DNA from: Pseudomonadota bacterium
Lineage (GTDB): Bacteria > Pseudomonadota > Gammaproteobacteria > Ga0077536
Length of the DNA: 42,371 nucleotides
Assembly: GCA_029977665.1 (NCBI GenBank)
Contig: JAPOKK010000003.1
Location: 1 to 42,371, forward strand
Reading direction: 5' to 3'
Part shown: positions 1 through 10,286 of the stretch, one piece after another
Position numbering within the stretch: position 1 is the first letter of the stretch
Layout: every line of letters begins with the position of its first letter
Notes under the pieces: model-generated
The model's database searches: none
Seen by the model: only the letters and a program-made list of their open reading frames with translations
What the model was told of the DNA's origin: nothing
Translations under genes and position numbers: made by a program

Positions 1-43
1 CTGAAAACCCTGTTGTTATTCTGCCGCACCAGTCCTGCCCCGT

Positions 44-1207
44 TCAGTCCGCCTGCCGGCGCAGGAACGCCGGAATGTCCAGATAGTCGGTGTCGGTCTC
101 GTTGGCGCTTTCGCTCGCGAAGCGCTCGTCGCGATTACGTATCACGGTGGGCCGTTCGAAGCGCTTGTAGTCGACATCTTCCTCCGTCTTGCGTGGTACG
201 GCAACGGCGGCAACCGGCTCCTCGCGCGGCGCCGGCTGCTGCGCGCGCGCCTCGCCACCGATACCGGTCGCGACCACGGTCACCCGGATCTCGTCTTCCA
301 TCTCCGGGTCGATCACCGTGCCGACGACCACCGTCGCGTTGTCGGAGGCGAATTCCTTGACGGTGTTGCCGACTTCCTCGAACTCGCCCATCTTGAGGTC
401 CAGACCCGAGGTCACGTTGACGAGGATGCCTTTCGCTCCGGCCAGGTTGATGTCCTCGAGCAGGGGACTCGAAATGGCCGCCTCGGCGGCGACGCGCGCA
501 CGATCGGAACCCCGCGCGGCGCCGGTGCCCATCATCGCCATACCCATCTCCGACATCACCGTGCGCACGTCGGCGAAGTCGACGTTGATCAGACCCGGGC
601 AGGTGATCAGCTCGGCAATGCCCTGCACGGCGCCGAACAGGACGTTGTTGGCTGCCTTGAACGCGTCGAGCAGGCTGATGTCACGGCCGAGCACGCTGAG
701 CAGCTTCTCGTTCGGGATCGTGATCAGGGAGTCTACGTAGAGCGCGAGTTCCTTGATCCCTTCGTTCGCGATCTCACCGCGCTTGCGGCCTTCGAAGGGG
801 AACGGGCGCGTGACCACGGCGACGGTCAGGATACCCATCTCCTTGGCGATCTGCGCGACCACGGGCGCACCGCCGGTACCCGTACCACCACCCATGCCGG
901 CGGTGATGAATACCATGTCCGCCCCTTCGAGGACGTCGCCGATGCGTTCGCGGTCGTCGATCGCGGCCTGCCGCCCGATTTCCGGGTTGGCACCCGCACC
1001 GAGCCCCTTGGTGATGTCAGCACCGAGTTGCAGGGTGGTCTTGGCGGACGAGTTCTTCAGCACCTGTGAATCGGTATTGGCGCATATGAACTCGACCCCG
1101 TCGATGGAGGCGTTGAGCATGTGTTCGACGGCATTGCCGCCACCACCGCCCACACCGATCACCTTGATGACCGCCCTCTGGCTGTAGGAGTCCATCAGTT
1201 CAAACAT
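44..1207 (-). CDS. ftsZ: Cell division GTPase FtsZ
   Basis: [14 protein letters not shown], tubulin signature [17 protein letters not shown]-terminal [11 protein letters not shown]; GGAGGGA SD upstream. Confidence 0.99.
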   Translation of the reverse strand: MFELMDSYSQRAVIKVIGVGGGGGNAVEHMLNASIDGVEFICANTDSQVLKNSSAKTTLQLGADITKGLGAGANPEIGRQAAIDDRERIGDVLEGADMVFITAGMGGGTGTGGAPVVAQIAKEMGILTVAVVTRPFPFEGRKRGEIANEGIKELALYVDSLITIPNEKLLSVLGRDISLLDAFKAANNVLFGAVQGIAELITCPGLINVDFADVRTVMSEMGMAMMGTGAARGSDRARVAAEAAISSPLLEDINLAGAKGILVNVTSGLDLKMGEFEEVGNTVKEFASDNATVVVGTVIDPEMEDEIRVTVVATGIGGEARAQQPAPREEPVAAVAVPRKTEEDVDYKRFERPTVIRNRDERFASESANETDTDYLDIPAFLRRQAD

Positions 1208-1316
1208 GTCGTTCCCTCCGTCTGCGTATCGCCTCCCGCGCCGTGGCGGGAGTTCGTTCTAGTGGCAAGATTATCCAGCGTTGTGTGCGGCGATGCGTCG
1301 CTCCTCATCGCCTTTT

Positions 1317-2549
1317 CTAAAAATTCCCATGGAACCAGGCCTTCATGCGTTCCCACAGGGACGTCGTGGTGTCGAAGCGTCCGGGCTGCGTGAAGCCGGA
1401 TCCATCCTGGGCGCCGAACAGCAGCAGGCCGACGCCGGTTGCATAAATCGGGTTGCGTACCACGTCGACGAGACCGGCCACGTACTGCGGCGTGCCCAGG
1501 CGTACCGGCATGTGGAACACTTCCTCGGCGAGTTCGATGACGCCTTCCATCTTGGCGCCACCGCCGGTCAGCACGACACCTGCCGCGATCATTTCCTCGA
1601 AGCCGCTGCGCCTGAGTTCGGTGGCGACCAGGTTGAACAGTTCTTCGTAGCGCGGCTCGACCACCTCGGCCAGGGTCTGGCGCACGAGGCGCCGCGGCGG
1701 ACGGTCACCGACGCTCGGCACTTCGATGGTCTCGTCGGGATTGGCCAGCTGGGTCAGCGCGCAGGCATAGCGAATCTTGATGTCCTCGGCGTGATGCGTC
1801 GGCGTGCGCAGCGCGACGGCGATGTCGTTGGTGACCTGGTCGCCGGCGATCGGGATCACCGCCGAGTGATGGATGGCGCCGTGGACGAAGACCGCCATGT
1901 CGGTCGTGCCGCCACCAATGTCGCATAGGCATACGCCGAGTTCCTTCTCGTCCTCGGTCAACACGGCGTGGGACGAGGCCAGCTGCTGCAGGATGATGTC
2001 GTCGACTTCGAGGCCGCAGCGTCGCACGCACTTGACGATGTTCTGCGCCGCCGACACGGCACCGGTGACCATGTGCACGCGGGCTTCGAGGCGCACACCC
2101 GACATACCGATCGGTTCGCGGATGCCCTCCTGGCCGTCGATGATGAACTCCTGCGGCAGGATATGGAGGATCTTCTGATCGGCCGGAATCGCCACCGCGC
2201 GTGCCGCGTCGATGACGCGCTCGACGTCGTTCACCGTCACCTCGTTGTCGCGGATGGCGACGATGCCGTGCGAGTTGAGGCTGCGGATGTGGCCGCCGGC
2301 GATGCCGGCATAGACGGAATGGATCTCGCAGCCGGCCATCAACTCGGCTTCCTCGATCGCGCGCTGGATCGACTGCACCGTCGACTCGATGTTGACCACG
2401 ACGCCCTTCTTCAGCCCGCGCGAGGGGTGCGAGCCGAGTCCGACGACCTCGATCTCGTTGTCCGGTGATATCTCGCCCACGATGGCGACCACCTTGGAGG
2501 TGCCGATGTCGAGCCCGACGAGCAGCTTCTTGTCCGATTTCCTGGCCAT
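1317..2549 (-). CDS. ftsA: Cell division protein FtsA
   Basis: LDIGTSKV, DIGGGTTD, VLTGGG, C-terminal amphipathic WERMKAWF; start trimmed to MARKSDKK (ATG 2549). Confidence 0.98.
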   Translation of the reverse strand: MARKSDKKLLVGLDIGTSKVVAIVGEISPDNEIEVVGLGSHPSRGLKKGVVVNIESTVQSIQRAIEEAELMAGCEIHSVYAGIAGGHIRSLNSHGIVAIRDNEVTVNDVERVIDAARAVAIPADQKILHILPQEFIIDGQEGIREPIGMSGVRLEARVHMVTGAVSAAQNIVKCVRRCGLEVDDIILQQLASSHAVLTEDEKELGVCLCDIGGGTTDMAVFVHGAIHHSAVIPIAGDQVTNDIAVALRTPTHHAEDIKIRYACALTQLANPDETIEVPSVGDRPPRRLVRQTLAEVVEPRYEELFNLVATELRRSGFEEMIAAGVVLTGGGAKMEGVIELAEEVFHMPVRLGTPQYVAGLVDVVRNPIYATGVGLLLFGAQDGSGFTQPGRFDTTTSLWERMKAWFHGNF

Positions 2550-2586
2550 CAATACCTGTCCTGGACGGCGCCTGTGCGCGCCTCCA

Positions 2587-3357
2587 TTAACTGTTCTCAT
2601 CCGTTTGGCCGTGCTCGCGCGGCACAGCCTGCTCGCTGACGGCAAAGCCGTTGGTGTACCTCAAGTCGACACGTCCGACGCGCGTCCAAACATCGCCCAG
2701 CCCCTGCCGCCAGGCTGCGAGGAAGCGCTCGAGCCGGGTCTCCACGTCGCGGCGGCCGAAGGCGAGCTCCTTGCCCCCGGCGAGTTCCACTCGCCAGGCG
2801 TGACGTGCCGAGAGTTCGAGCGCAACGATGTCGAGATTCACGCTCGCCAGCCGCTCGCGCATGCGCCTGTAGGTGTCGAGCACCTCGATCTCGGCTCCGA
2901 GCGGGCCATCGAGACGCACGAGCCCGGTCGGCAACGCTTCGCGCGGTGGGGCGAAGATATCGCCGCGCTCGTTGAGCAGCGCCTGCTCGCCCCAACGCGC
3001 GACCGGCGCCTGCTCGACGATACTCACGTGCAGGCTTTCCGGCCATACGCGCCGGATGGTCGCTTCCCGGATCCACGGCTCGTCGAGCAGCCGCTGGCGC
3101 ACCCGCGCAACGTCGACGCGGAAGAACCCCGCGTCCACCACGCCTACCACGACTTCCTGCAGGTGCTCGGGATCGAGATGCTTGAACTCGCCCTCGATCT
3201 GCACACGGCGTATGGGCAGCGCGGTCGGATCGCTCAGCTCGCTGGCTGCCCAGGCAATGGCGCCGATGGTCCCCAGCAGGATCAGCGAGAAGACCACCAC
3301 CGTCGGTGACGGCAGCGACTGTGTCACCGGCGGCGTCTTGACCACGGCCTGGCTCAT
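2587..3357 (-). CDS. ftsQ: Cell division protein FtsQ
   Basis: N-terminal TM, POTRA-like PWIREATIRRVWP, C-terminal VDLRYTNGFAV; ATG 3357 overlaps the ddl stop (ATGA). Confidence 0.95.
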   Translation of the reverse strand: MSQAVVKTPPVTQSLPSPTVVVFSLILLGTIGAIAWAASELSDPTALPIRRVQIEGEFKHLDPEHLQEVVVGVVDAGFFRVDVARVRQRLLDEPWIREATIRRVWPESLHVSIVEQAPVARWGEQALLNERGDIFAPPREALPTGLVRLDGPLGAEIEVLDTYRRMRERLASVNLDIVALELSARHAWRVELAGGKELAFGRRDVETRLERFLAAWRQGLGDVWTRVGRVDLRYTNGFAVSEQAVPREHGQTDENS

Positions 3358-4313
3358 GCGTCGCCTCCTTCGCCCATGCTCGCGGCCAGGATGGCGATGA
3401 CGAGATCCTCGAACGATAGGCCGGCGGCACGCGCCGCCATCGGTACCAGCGAATGGTCGGTCATGCCGGGAACCGTGTTCAGCTCGATGAGCCAGTTGTT
3501 GCCGGCCGCGTCGCGCATGAAATCGACGCGTCCCCAGCCACGCGCGCCGAGCGCCTCGAACGCACGCAGCCCGGTCGCCGCAAGCTCGCTCTCGGCCGCG
3601 GCGGAGAGGCCGCAGGGACACAGGTAGCGGGTGTCGTCGTCGACGTACTTGGCCTGGAAGTCGTAGAACTCGCGCGAGGTCTCGAGCTTGATCGCAGGCA
3701 GCGCCTCGCCGTCGACGATCGAGAGCGTGTACTCGGCGCCATCGACGGCACGCTCGACCAGCACCGTCTCGTCGTAGCGCCGCGCCGCTGCGATTGCGGC
3801 AGCGAGCGCCTCGCCGTTGTCGACCTTGCTGATGCCGATACTCGACCCTTCGCGCGCCGGCTTGACGAACACCGGCGCACCGAGGCGCGCGAGCACCGCC
3901 TCGACATCCGCCCTGTCGTCGACCACCTCGAACGGCGGCGTCGGCAACGCCGCACCCAGCCAGGTGAGCTTGGCGCGCGACTTGTCCATCGCCAGTGCGC
4001 AGCCCAGCACCCCGCTGCCGGTGTAGGGTATTCCAATCAGGTCCAGCACCGCCTGAAGCTGTCCGTCCTCGCCGCCGCGCCCGTGCAAGGCGATGAAAAA
4101 GCGGTCGACATCGGCCTGCAGCAGCGCATCGTCGAGACGTCCGTTCCAATCCAGGCCCCGCGCCTCGATGCCCGCCTGCTGGAGGGCGGCGAGGACCGCC
4201 GCGCCACTGCGCAGCGAAATCTCGCGCTCGGCCGAGATGCCACCCATCAGCACGCCGACGCGCCCCGCGCGGGCAATGGTGCGGCGGCGGCGATCCGCGT
4301 CGAGCAGGCTCAT
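3354..4313 (-). CDS. ddl: D-alanine--D-alanine ligase
   Basis: GGISAEREISLRSG, LHGRGGEDG, EGSSIG, FYDFQAKY, ELNTVPGMT. Confidence 0.97.
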   Translation of the reverse strand: MSLLDADRRRRTIARAGRVGVLMGGISAEREISLRSGAAVLAALQQAGIEARGLDWNGRLDDALLQADVDRFFIALHGRGGEDGQLQAVLDLIGIPYTGSGVLGCALAMDKSRAKLTWLGAALPTPPFEVVDDRADVEAVLARLGAPVFVKPAREGSSIGISKVDNGEALAAAIAAARRYDETVLVERAVDGAEYTLSIVDGEALPAIKLETSREFYDFQAKYVDDDTRYLCPCGLSAAAESELAATGLRAFEALGARGWGRVDFMRDAAGNNWLIELNTVPGMTDHSLVPMAARAAGLSFEDLVIAILAASMGEGGDA

Positions 4314-5224
4314 GACCGGCCCTCCGGGTCACCGACGATCTGCACCTCGCTTTCGAGCACGACACCGGTCGCGCGCGCGACGCTAGCGCGTACGTGCTCG
4401 ATGATCGCTTCGATGTCCGCGGCGCTGCCGTCGGCATCGTTGACGATGAAGTTGGCGTGCACCGTCGACACCTGGCAACCGCCGTGACGATAGCCCTTCA
4501 ACCCGCACTGCTCGATGAGACGGCCGGCATAGTCACCCGGCGGATTCTTGAACACCGAACCGCAGCTCGCCTGCCCGGTCGGCTGGGTACGCCCGCGCTG
4601 CGCGAGCACTTCGCGGATGCGTGCCGCCCCGCCGCCCGCCGCGGAGGCCGGCAGGCGCAGCCAGGCGGCGAGAAACCAGCCGTCCGGACCGGCCACGCCG
4701 CGGTAACGGGGCGCGAACGCATCGGCCTCGTAACGGCGCACCTCACCATTGTCGTCAATCATCTCGACCGCGGCGACGAACTGCCAGGTCTCGCTGCCGA
4801 GCGCGCCCGCGTTCATGCGCAGCGCGCCGCCCAGCGTGCCCGGTATACCGGCGAGGAACTCGAGACCGGCGCGATCGCGGCGGGCGGCTTCGCGCGCGAG
4901 ACGCGCGCAGGGCACGCCACACTCCGCGTAGACGAGATCATCCGACTCCCAGCGCAGGGTGTTGAGGCCGGCGGCGGTGGCGATCACGGTGCCGCGCAGC
5001 CCGCCGTCGCGCACCAGCAGATTGCTGCCGAGTCCGAGCCAGCAGAGCGGCGCAGCGTGGCCCTCGCCGCGCAGGAAGGCGACGAGGTCGGCACGGTCCG
5101 CGGGCTCGAAATACCGTGCGGCCATCCCCCCGCAGCGCCAGGTCGAATGGCGTGCCATGGGCTCGTCGTGGCGCAGGCGTCCGCGCAGCATCGCCTGGCC
5201 GGGCCGCTCGAGGTGTGCCGTCAT
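4310..5224 (-). CDS. murB: UDP-N-acetylenolpyruvoylglucosamine reductase
   Basis: GLGSNLLVRDGG, GIPGTLGGALRMNAGA, SCGSVFKNP, HANFIVN, LESEV; start at 5224 is approximate. Confidence 0.95.
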   Translation of the reverse strand: MTAHLERPGQAMLRGRLRHDEPMARHSTWRCGGMAARYFEPADRADLVAFLRGEGHAAPLCWLGLGSNLLVRDGGLRGTVIATAAGLNTLRWESDDLVYAECGVPCARLAREAARRDRAGLEFLAGIPGTLGGALRMNAGALGSETWQFVAAVEMIDDNGEVRRYEADAFAPRYRGVAGPDGWFLAAWLRLPASAAGGGAARIREVLAQRGRTQPTGQASCGSVFKNPPGDYAGRLIEQCGLKGYRHGGCQVSTVHANFIVNDADGSAADIEAIIEHVRASVARATGVVLESEVQIVGDPEGRS

Positions 5225-5237
5225 CACGCCCGCCCCC

Positions 5238-6638
5238 TCATGCGACCATCTCCTCGGCGATGTGGCCGATGTTGCCCGCACCCAGCATCGCGACCACGTC
5301 GCCATCCTGCACCAGGCCGCCGACGACCTCGATGACCTTGCGCGGATCGTCGACGAACACCGGCTCGACCTGTCCGCGCGAGCGTATCGCGCGCGCCAGC
5401 GCGCGCCCGTCCGCCCCGGCGATGGGCGCTTCGCCGGCAGCGTAGACCTCGAGCAGCACGAGCAAGTCGGCACGTGAGAGGACATCGGCAAAATCATCGA
5501 GCAGGTCGCGCGTGCGCGTGTAGCGATGCGGCTGGAACACGACAACGAGGCGGCGTCCCGGCCAGCGGCGGCGAATGGTCGCGAGGACCGCGTCGAGTTC
5601 GCGCGGATGATGGCCGTAGTCGTCGACGAGCGTCACCGCGTGCCCACCGAGCGCGACCTCGGGGTGGATCTGGCAGCGCCGCGCGATGCCCTCGAAGCGC
5701 GCCAGCGCACGCCGGATCGCGGCGGGTGCGATACCGAGTTCGAGCGCCACGGCGATCGCCCCGAGCGCGTTCTGCACGTTGTGCTCGCCGGGCAGATTCA
5801 GCTCGAACCCGCCGCCCGTCTCGGCGAACCGGCAGCTGACCGAGAAATGCTCGCGGCCATCGACGTGGCGCAGGCCATGGCCGCGCACGTCCGCGTCCGC
5901 ATGAAAACCGTAAGTGATCACGCGTGCGCGAATCTCGGGGATCAGGGAGGCGGCATGCTCGTCGTCGAGACACACGCAGGCGACGCCGTAGAACGGCAGG
6001 CGCCGGAAGAACTCGACGAACGCCGACTTGAGCAGCGAGAAATCCCCCTCGTAGGTCGTCATGTGGTCGGCGTCGACATTGGTCAGCACGGCCATCAGCG
6101 GTTGCAGGAGCAGGAACGAACCGTCGCTCTCGTCCGCTTCGGCGACGAGATACTTGCCTTCGCCGAGCCGCGCATGGGCGTTGATGCTGCGCACCAGGCC
6201 GCCGACGACGAAGGTCGGATCGAGCTCGGCCTCGGCCAGGACCGCGGCGACCAGGCTCGTGGTAGTCGTCTTGCCGTGCGTACCGGCGATGGCGATGCCG
6301 TGGCGGAAACGCATCAGTTCGGCGAGCATCTCGGCGCGCGGCACGGTCGGGACGCGCCGCGAGCGCGCGGCCTCCAGCTCGACGTTGTCGGCCTTGACCG
6401 CGCTCGAGTAGACCACGACGTCGGCATCGGCGATGTTGTGCTCGGCATGGCCGATGACGACCTCGACGCCGGCGTCGCGTAGGTGCGCAGTGACCCGCGA
6501 TTCCGACGTGTCGGAGCCGGACACGCGGTAGCCGATGTTGCGCAGCACCTCGGCGATTCCGCTCATGCCGGCACCGCCCACGCCGATGAAGTGGATGTGC
6601 TCGACGCGATGCATCAGCTGGCGTTCGTCAGTCGGCAT
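5238..6638 (-). CDS. murC: UDP-N-acetylmuramate--L-alanine ligase
   Basis: IHFIGVGGAGMSGIA, GTHGKTTTT, EADESD, DDYGHHP, FQPHRYTRT; start trimmed to ATG 6638. Confidence 0.97.
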   Translation of the reverse strand: MPTDERQLMHRVEHIHFIGVGGAGMSGIAEVLRNIGYRVSGSDTSESRVTAHLRDAGVEVVIGHAEHNIADADVVVYSSAVKADNVELEAARSRRVPTVPRAEMLAELMRFRHGIAIAGTHGKTTTTSLVAAVLAEAELDPTFVVGGLVRSINAHARLGEGKYLVAEADESDGSFLLLQPLMAVLTNVDADHMTTYEGDFSLLKSAFVEFFRRLPFYGVACVCLDDEHAASLIPEIRARVITYGFHADADVRGHGLRHVDGREHFSVSCRFAETGGGFELNLPGEHNVQNALGAIAVALELGIAPAAIRRALARFEGIARRCQIHPEVALGGHAVTLVDDYGHHPRELDAVLATIRRRWPGRRLVVVFQPHRYTRTRDLLDDFADVLSRADLLVLLEVYAAGEAPIAGADGRALARAIRSRGQVEPVFVDDPRKVIEVVGGLVQDGDVVAMLGAGNIGHIAEEMVA

Positions 6639-7710
6639 CGACGTACTCCAGGCAGGCTTGCGAGACCAGCGCGACGGCGTCCGCGCGTGCCAGCGCCCGT
6701 GCGCGCTCGGCCATGTCCAGCAGGCGGGCGCGATCGGTGAGCAGGCGCGCAATTTCGGCAGCGAACTGCGCGACGTCGAGCTCGCGCTCCGGTATCAGCA
6801 ACGCGGCGCCGGCCTCGACGAGATGACGCGCGTTGGCCGTCTGGTGATCGTCGACCGCGTGCGGATAGGGCACGAGGATGGACGCCACGCCGGCAGCGGC
6901 GAGTTCGGCGACGGTCAGTGCGCCGGCGCGCGCGATGACGAGATCGGCCGCGGCATAGGCACCCGCCATGTCGTCGATGTACGGCGTGACCTGGACCTCG
7001 GCCCGCCCGGCGAGGGCAGCGTAGCGGGTACGCGTCGCAGCAACATCCGCCTCGCCGCACTGATGCAGCACGCGCAGCCCGTCCACGCCGCTCGCGGCGA
7101 GCGCGGCCGGCACCGCCTCGTTCAGCGCGCGCGCGCCGCGGCTGCCGCCGAACACGAGCACGCTCGGTGTCTCGTGCGTTGCCAGGCGCTGCGCGGGCGG
7201 TGCGAGTGCCGCGATGTCGCGGCGCACCGGGTTGCCGCACGTCTGCGCGCTGCGGATGGTGGCGAAGGTGCCCGGGAAGGCTTCGCAGACACGGCTAGCG
7301 ATGCGTGCGAGCAGCCGGTTGGTGAGTCCCGGGATGGCGTTCTGTTCGTGGATCACGAGCGGACGCCGGCACAGCCACGCGGCCACACCGCCGGGGCCGC
7401 TGACGAAGCCGCCCATGCCGAGCACCACGCGAGGCCGCACACGGATCATGTGCACGAGCGCGCATAGCAAGGCCGCGCCCACCGTCAACGGCGCACTCAG
7501 CCAGCGCCATACGCCGGAACGCCGCAGTCCGGCGACGGGCACGATCAGCAACGGCAGGCCGGCGGCGGGAACCAGGCGCGACTCGATGCCCCGCCGCGTC
7601 CCCATCCAGAACAGCTCGCAGCCTTCGGCACGCAAGGCCTCGGCGACCGCGAGTCCCGGGTAGACGTGGCCGCCAGTGCCGCCGGCGAGAATCATGACGG
7701 CGCGGTTCAC
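6628..7710 (-). CDS. murG: Lipid II N-acetylglucosaminyltransferase MurG
   Basis: AGGTGGHVYPG, HEQN, GNPVR, GGSRGA, RAGALTVAE, DDHQTANA; GTG 7710 overlaps the ftsW stop. Confidence 0.97.
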   Translation of the reverse strand: MNRAVMILAGGTGGHVYPGLAVAEALRAEGCELFWMGTRRGIESRLVPAAGLPLLIVPVAGLRRSGVWRWLSAPLTVGAALLCALVHMIRVRPRVVLGMGGFVSGPGGVAAWLCRRPLVIHEQNAIPGLTNRLLARIASRVCEAFPGTFATIRSAQTCGNPVRRDIAALAPPAQRLATHETPSVLVFGGSRGARALNEAVPAALAASGVDGLRVLHQCGEADVAATRTRYAALAGRAEVQVTPYIDDMAGAYAAADLVIARAGALTVAELAAAGVASILVPYPHAVDDHQTANARHLVEAGAALLIPERELDVAQFAAEIARLLTDRARLLDMAERARALARADAVALVSQACLEYVDAD

Positions 7711-8909
7711 GCGGCTGCTCCCGCACGCACTGACGGCGCCGCCGGCCGGCGCGCCTCGTGGCCGGCACGCAGCACGATGCCAATTGCCGCGCAGTTCACG
7801 ACCAGGTTGTTGCTGGCATAGCTGAGGAACGGCAGCGGCAGGCCCTTGGTCGGCAGCAGCCCCATGTTGACGCCGATGTTGACGAACGCCTGGATACCGA
7901 TCAGCAGGCCGATGCCATAAGTCACGTAGGCGGCGAACAGCTGGTTGGCGCGCTCGGCCACGCCGCCGAGATAGAAAATGCGCCAGACGAGGAACAGGAA
8001 CAACGCGATCACGCCGGTGCTGCCGAGCAGCCCGACTTCCTCGCCGATCACGGCGAATACGAAGTCGGTGTGCACTTCCGGCAGGTAGAACAGCTTCTGC
8101 ACGCTGTTGCCGAGGCCGACGCCGAACCACTCCCCGCGACCGAAGGCGATCAGCGCCTGGGTCAGCTGGAAACCGCTGTTAAACGGGTCCGACCACGGGT
8201 CCATGAACGTCATCAGGCGCTGCACGCGGTACGGCGCGAGCATCGACAGCGCGGCGAGCGCGGCGAGCGCGGCAAGCCCCCAGAAGATGAAACGCAGCAT
8301 CGGCACGCCGCCGAGGAAAAGCATGCCGAGGCCGGTCGCGAACAGCACGACCGCGGCGCCGAAATCCGGCTCGATGACGAACAGGCCACCAATCACCGTG
8401 AGCACGCCGATGGGCTTGATGAAGCCGATGAAGTCGGCGCGCACCTGCTGGTTGTGACGCACCAGGTAGGCAGCGAGGTAGACGACGACGGCGAGCTTGG
8501 CGAACTCCGAAGCCTGGAGGGTAACCGGTCCTAGACCGATCCAGCGCATGCTGCCGTTGACCTCGCGGCCGAGCCCGGGCACGAGCACGGCGACGGCGAG
8601 CGCCATGCCGGCGAACAGCAGCACCGAGCTCATCTGCTCGAGGTGACGCAGGGGCAGGCGCGTGATCACGATCGCCGCGCTGATGCCGAGCCCCCCGCCG
8701 ACGAGCTGCCGCCAGAAGTAGTACAAGGCATCGAGCTCGCGGCGCTCGGCGATCGCGACCGAGGTCGACACCACCATGATGACGCCGATCGCGAGCAGCA
8801 TCAGCGCCGCCCCGATCAGCCACAGGTCGTAGGCCACGAACGCGCGCTCCTCGCGCCCGCCCTGCGGCACGGCCTGGGGTACTGCCTGCTGCGCGACCGC
8901 GGCTTCCAT
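7707..8909 (-). CDS. ftsW: SEDS peptidoglycan polymerase FtsW
   Basis: NGSMRWI, QASEFAK, EPDFG, LPEVHTDF, LPTKGLPLPFLSY, multiple TM helices; start overlaps the murD stop (TGATG). Confidence 0.96.
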   Translation of the reverse strand: MEAAVAQQAVPQAVPQGGREERAFVAYDLWLIGAALMLLAIGVIMVVSTSVAIAERRELDALYYFWRQLVGGGLGISAAIVITRLPLRHLEQMSSVLLFAGMALAVAVLVPGLGREVNGSMRWIGLGPVTLQASEFAKLAVVVYLAAYLVRHNQQVRADFIGFIKPIGVLTVIGGLFVIEPDFGAAVVLFATGLGMLFLGGVPMLRFIFWGLAALAALAALSMLAPYRVQRLMTFMDPWSDPFNSGFQLTQALIAFGRGEWFGVGLGNSVQKLFYLPEVHTDFVFAVIGEEVGLLGSTGVIALFLFLVWRIFYLGGVAERANQLFAAYVTYGIGLLIGIQAFVNIGVNMGLLPTKGLPLPFLSYASNNLVVNCAAIGIVLRAGHEARRPAAPSVRAGAAA

Positions 8910-10276
8910 CAGCTCCCCTCCAGGGCCGCGACCGCGGCGACGAAGATCGCGCCGCGCTCGGCGTAGTTGGCGAACATGTCGAGACTCGCGCAGGCCGGTG
9001 ACAGCAGCACCGTGTCGCCGGCGCGGGCGGCACGGCGGGCGGCCTGCACCGCGGCCGGCATGTCGGTCGCGAACACGCAATCGCAGCGCCCGGCGAGCGC
9101 CAGCTCGATGTCGCGCGCCGCGCGGCCGATCAGGACGACCGTGTGTGCGCGACGCGCGACGACCTCGGCGAAAGCCTCGAACGTCGCGCCCTTGGCCTCA
9201 CCGCCGGCAATGAGCACGCCGTCGCGGTCACCGAGCAGGCCCTCGATAGAAGCGATCGCGGCACCGGGATTCGTCGCCTTGGAATCGTTGATGTAGCGCA
9301 CGCCGTCGACCGTGCCGGCGTTCTCGGCCCGATGTGGCAGACCACGGAAAGTGCGCAGCACCTGCGCCACGCTTGCATCGTCGACCCCGAGCGCACGCGC
9401 CATCGCCGCGGCGGCGAGCGCGTTGGAGACGTTGTGCAGTCCGGCCATGGCGAGTTCGTCGACGGCGAGCAGGTCGCCACCGGGGCCGGCCAGCCAGGCG
9501 CGCGCGCCCTGCCGACGCAGGCCGAAACGTGCCGGGCCCGGGGCGCCGAGGGTGAAGCTGACGCGCTCGCCGCGCACCGGCAGCGCATCGACCACCGGAT
9601 CATCGGCATTGAGCACGGCGATGGCCGCGCGGTCGAGAATGCGCGCCTTGGCCGCGACGTAGGCCTCGAACGAACCGTGACGATCGAGATGGTCGGGCGT
9701 GATATTGAGGATCGCGGCCACGGTCGGTGCGAGCGAGTTCGTCAGTTCGAGCTGGAAGCTCGACAGTTCGAGCACGTAGCAGTCCGGCTCGCGCGCCTGC
9801 AGCAGGTCGAGCGCCGGCGGCCCGAGATTGCCGCCGCGGCGCACGTCGCGCCCGGCCGCCGCGAGCATGTCGGCGACCAGGGTGGTCACGGTGCTCTTGC
9901 CGTTGGTCCCGGTGATCGCGGCGAACGGCGCGCGCGCCGCGCGTGCGAACAGTTCGATGTCGCCGAGCAGCTCGACGCCGGCTGCGCGCGCGGCGGTCAG
10001 CGCCGGCTGGTCGAGCGGCACGCCCGGGCTGATCACCAACTGCCGGCAGCCGACCAGGCGCGCGGCGTCGAGCGCCCCGGTGACGACCTCCACTTCGGGG
10101 TGGGCGCGGCGCACGGCGTCCGCCCCCGGCGCATCGGCACGACTGTCGAAAGCCACGACCGCGAGACCCTGCGCGCGCAGGTGGCGCACGCAGGACTGGC
10201 CGCTCGCGCCGAGCCCGATGACGGCGTGGACGGCGGTCTGCTGCTGCGCTCGGTGGGTCATGGCATGGCTCGACAT
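8909..10276 (-). CDS. murD: UDP-MurNAc-L-Ala--D-glutamate ligase
   Basis: ISPG, ITGTNGKSTVT, LELSSFQLE, DHLDRH, NDSKATN, LSPACAS. Confidence 0.97.
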   Translation of the reverse strand: MSSHAMTHRAQQQTAVHAVIGLGASGQSCVRHLRAQGLAVVAFDSRADAPGADAVRRAHPEVEVVTGALDAARLVGCRQLVISPGVPLDQPALTAARAAGVELLGDIELFARAARAPFAAITGTNGKSTVTTLVADMLAAAGRDVRRGGNLGPPALDLLQAREPDCYVLELSSFQLELTNSLAPTVAAILNITPDHLDRHGSFEAYVAAKARILDRAAIAVLNADDPVVDALPVRGERVSFTLGAPGPARFGLRRQGARAWLAGPGGDLLAVDELAMAGLHNVSNALAAAAMARALGVDDASVAQVLRTFRGLPHRAENAGTVDGVRYINDSKATNPGAAIASIEGLLGDRDGVLIAGGEAKGATFEAFAEVVARRAHTVVLIGRAARDIELALAGRCDCVFATDMPAAVQAARRAARAGDTVLLSPACASLDMFANYAERGAIFVAAVAALEGS

Positions 10277-10286
10277 GAACGGCGAC

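Noticed and set aside
1271-1279. DnaA-box-like TTATCCAGC upstream of ftsZ
   Set aside because: Two mismatches to TTATCCACA and isolated
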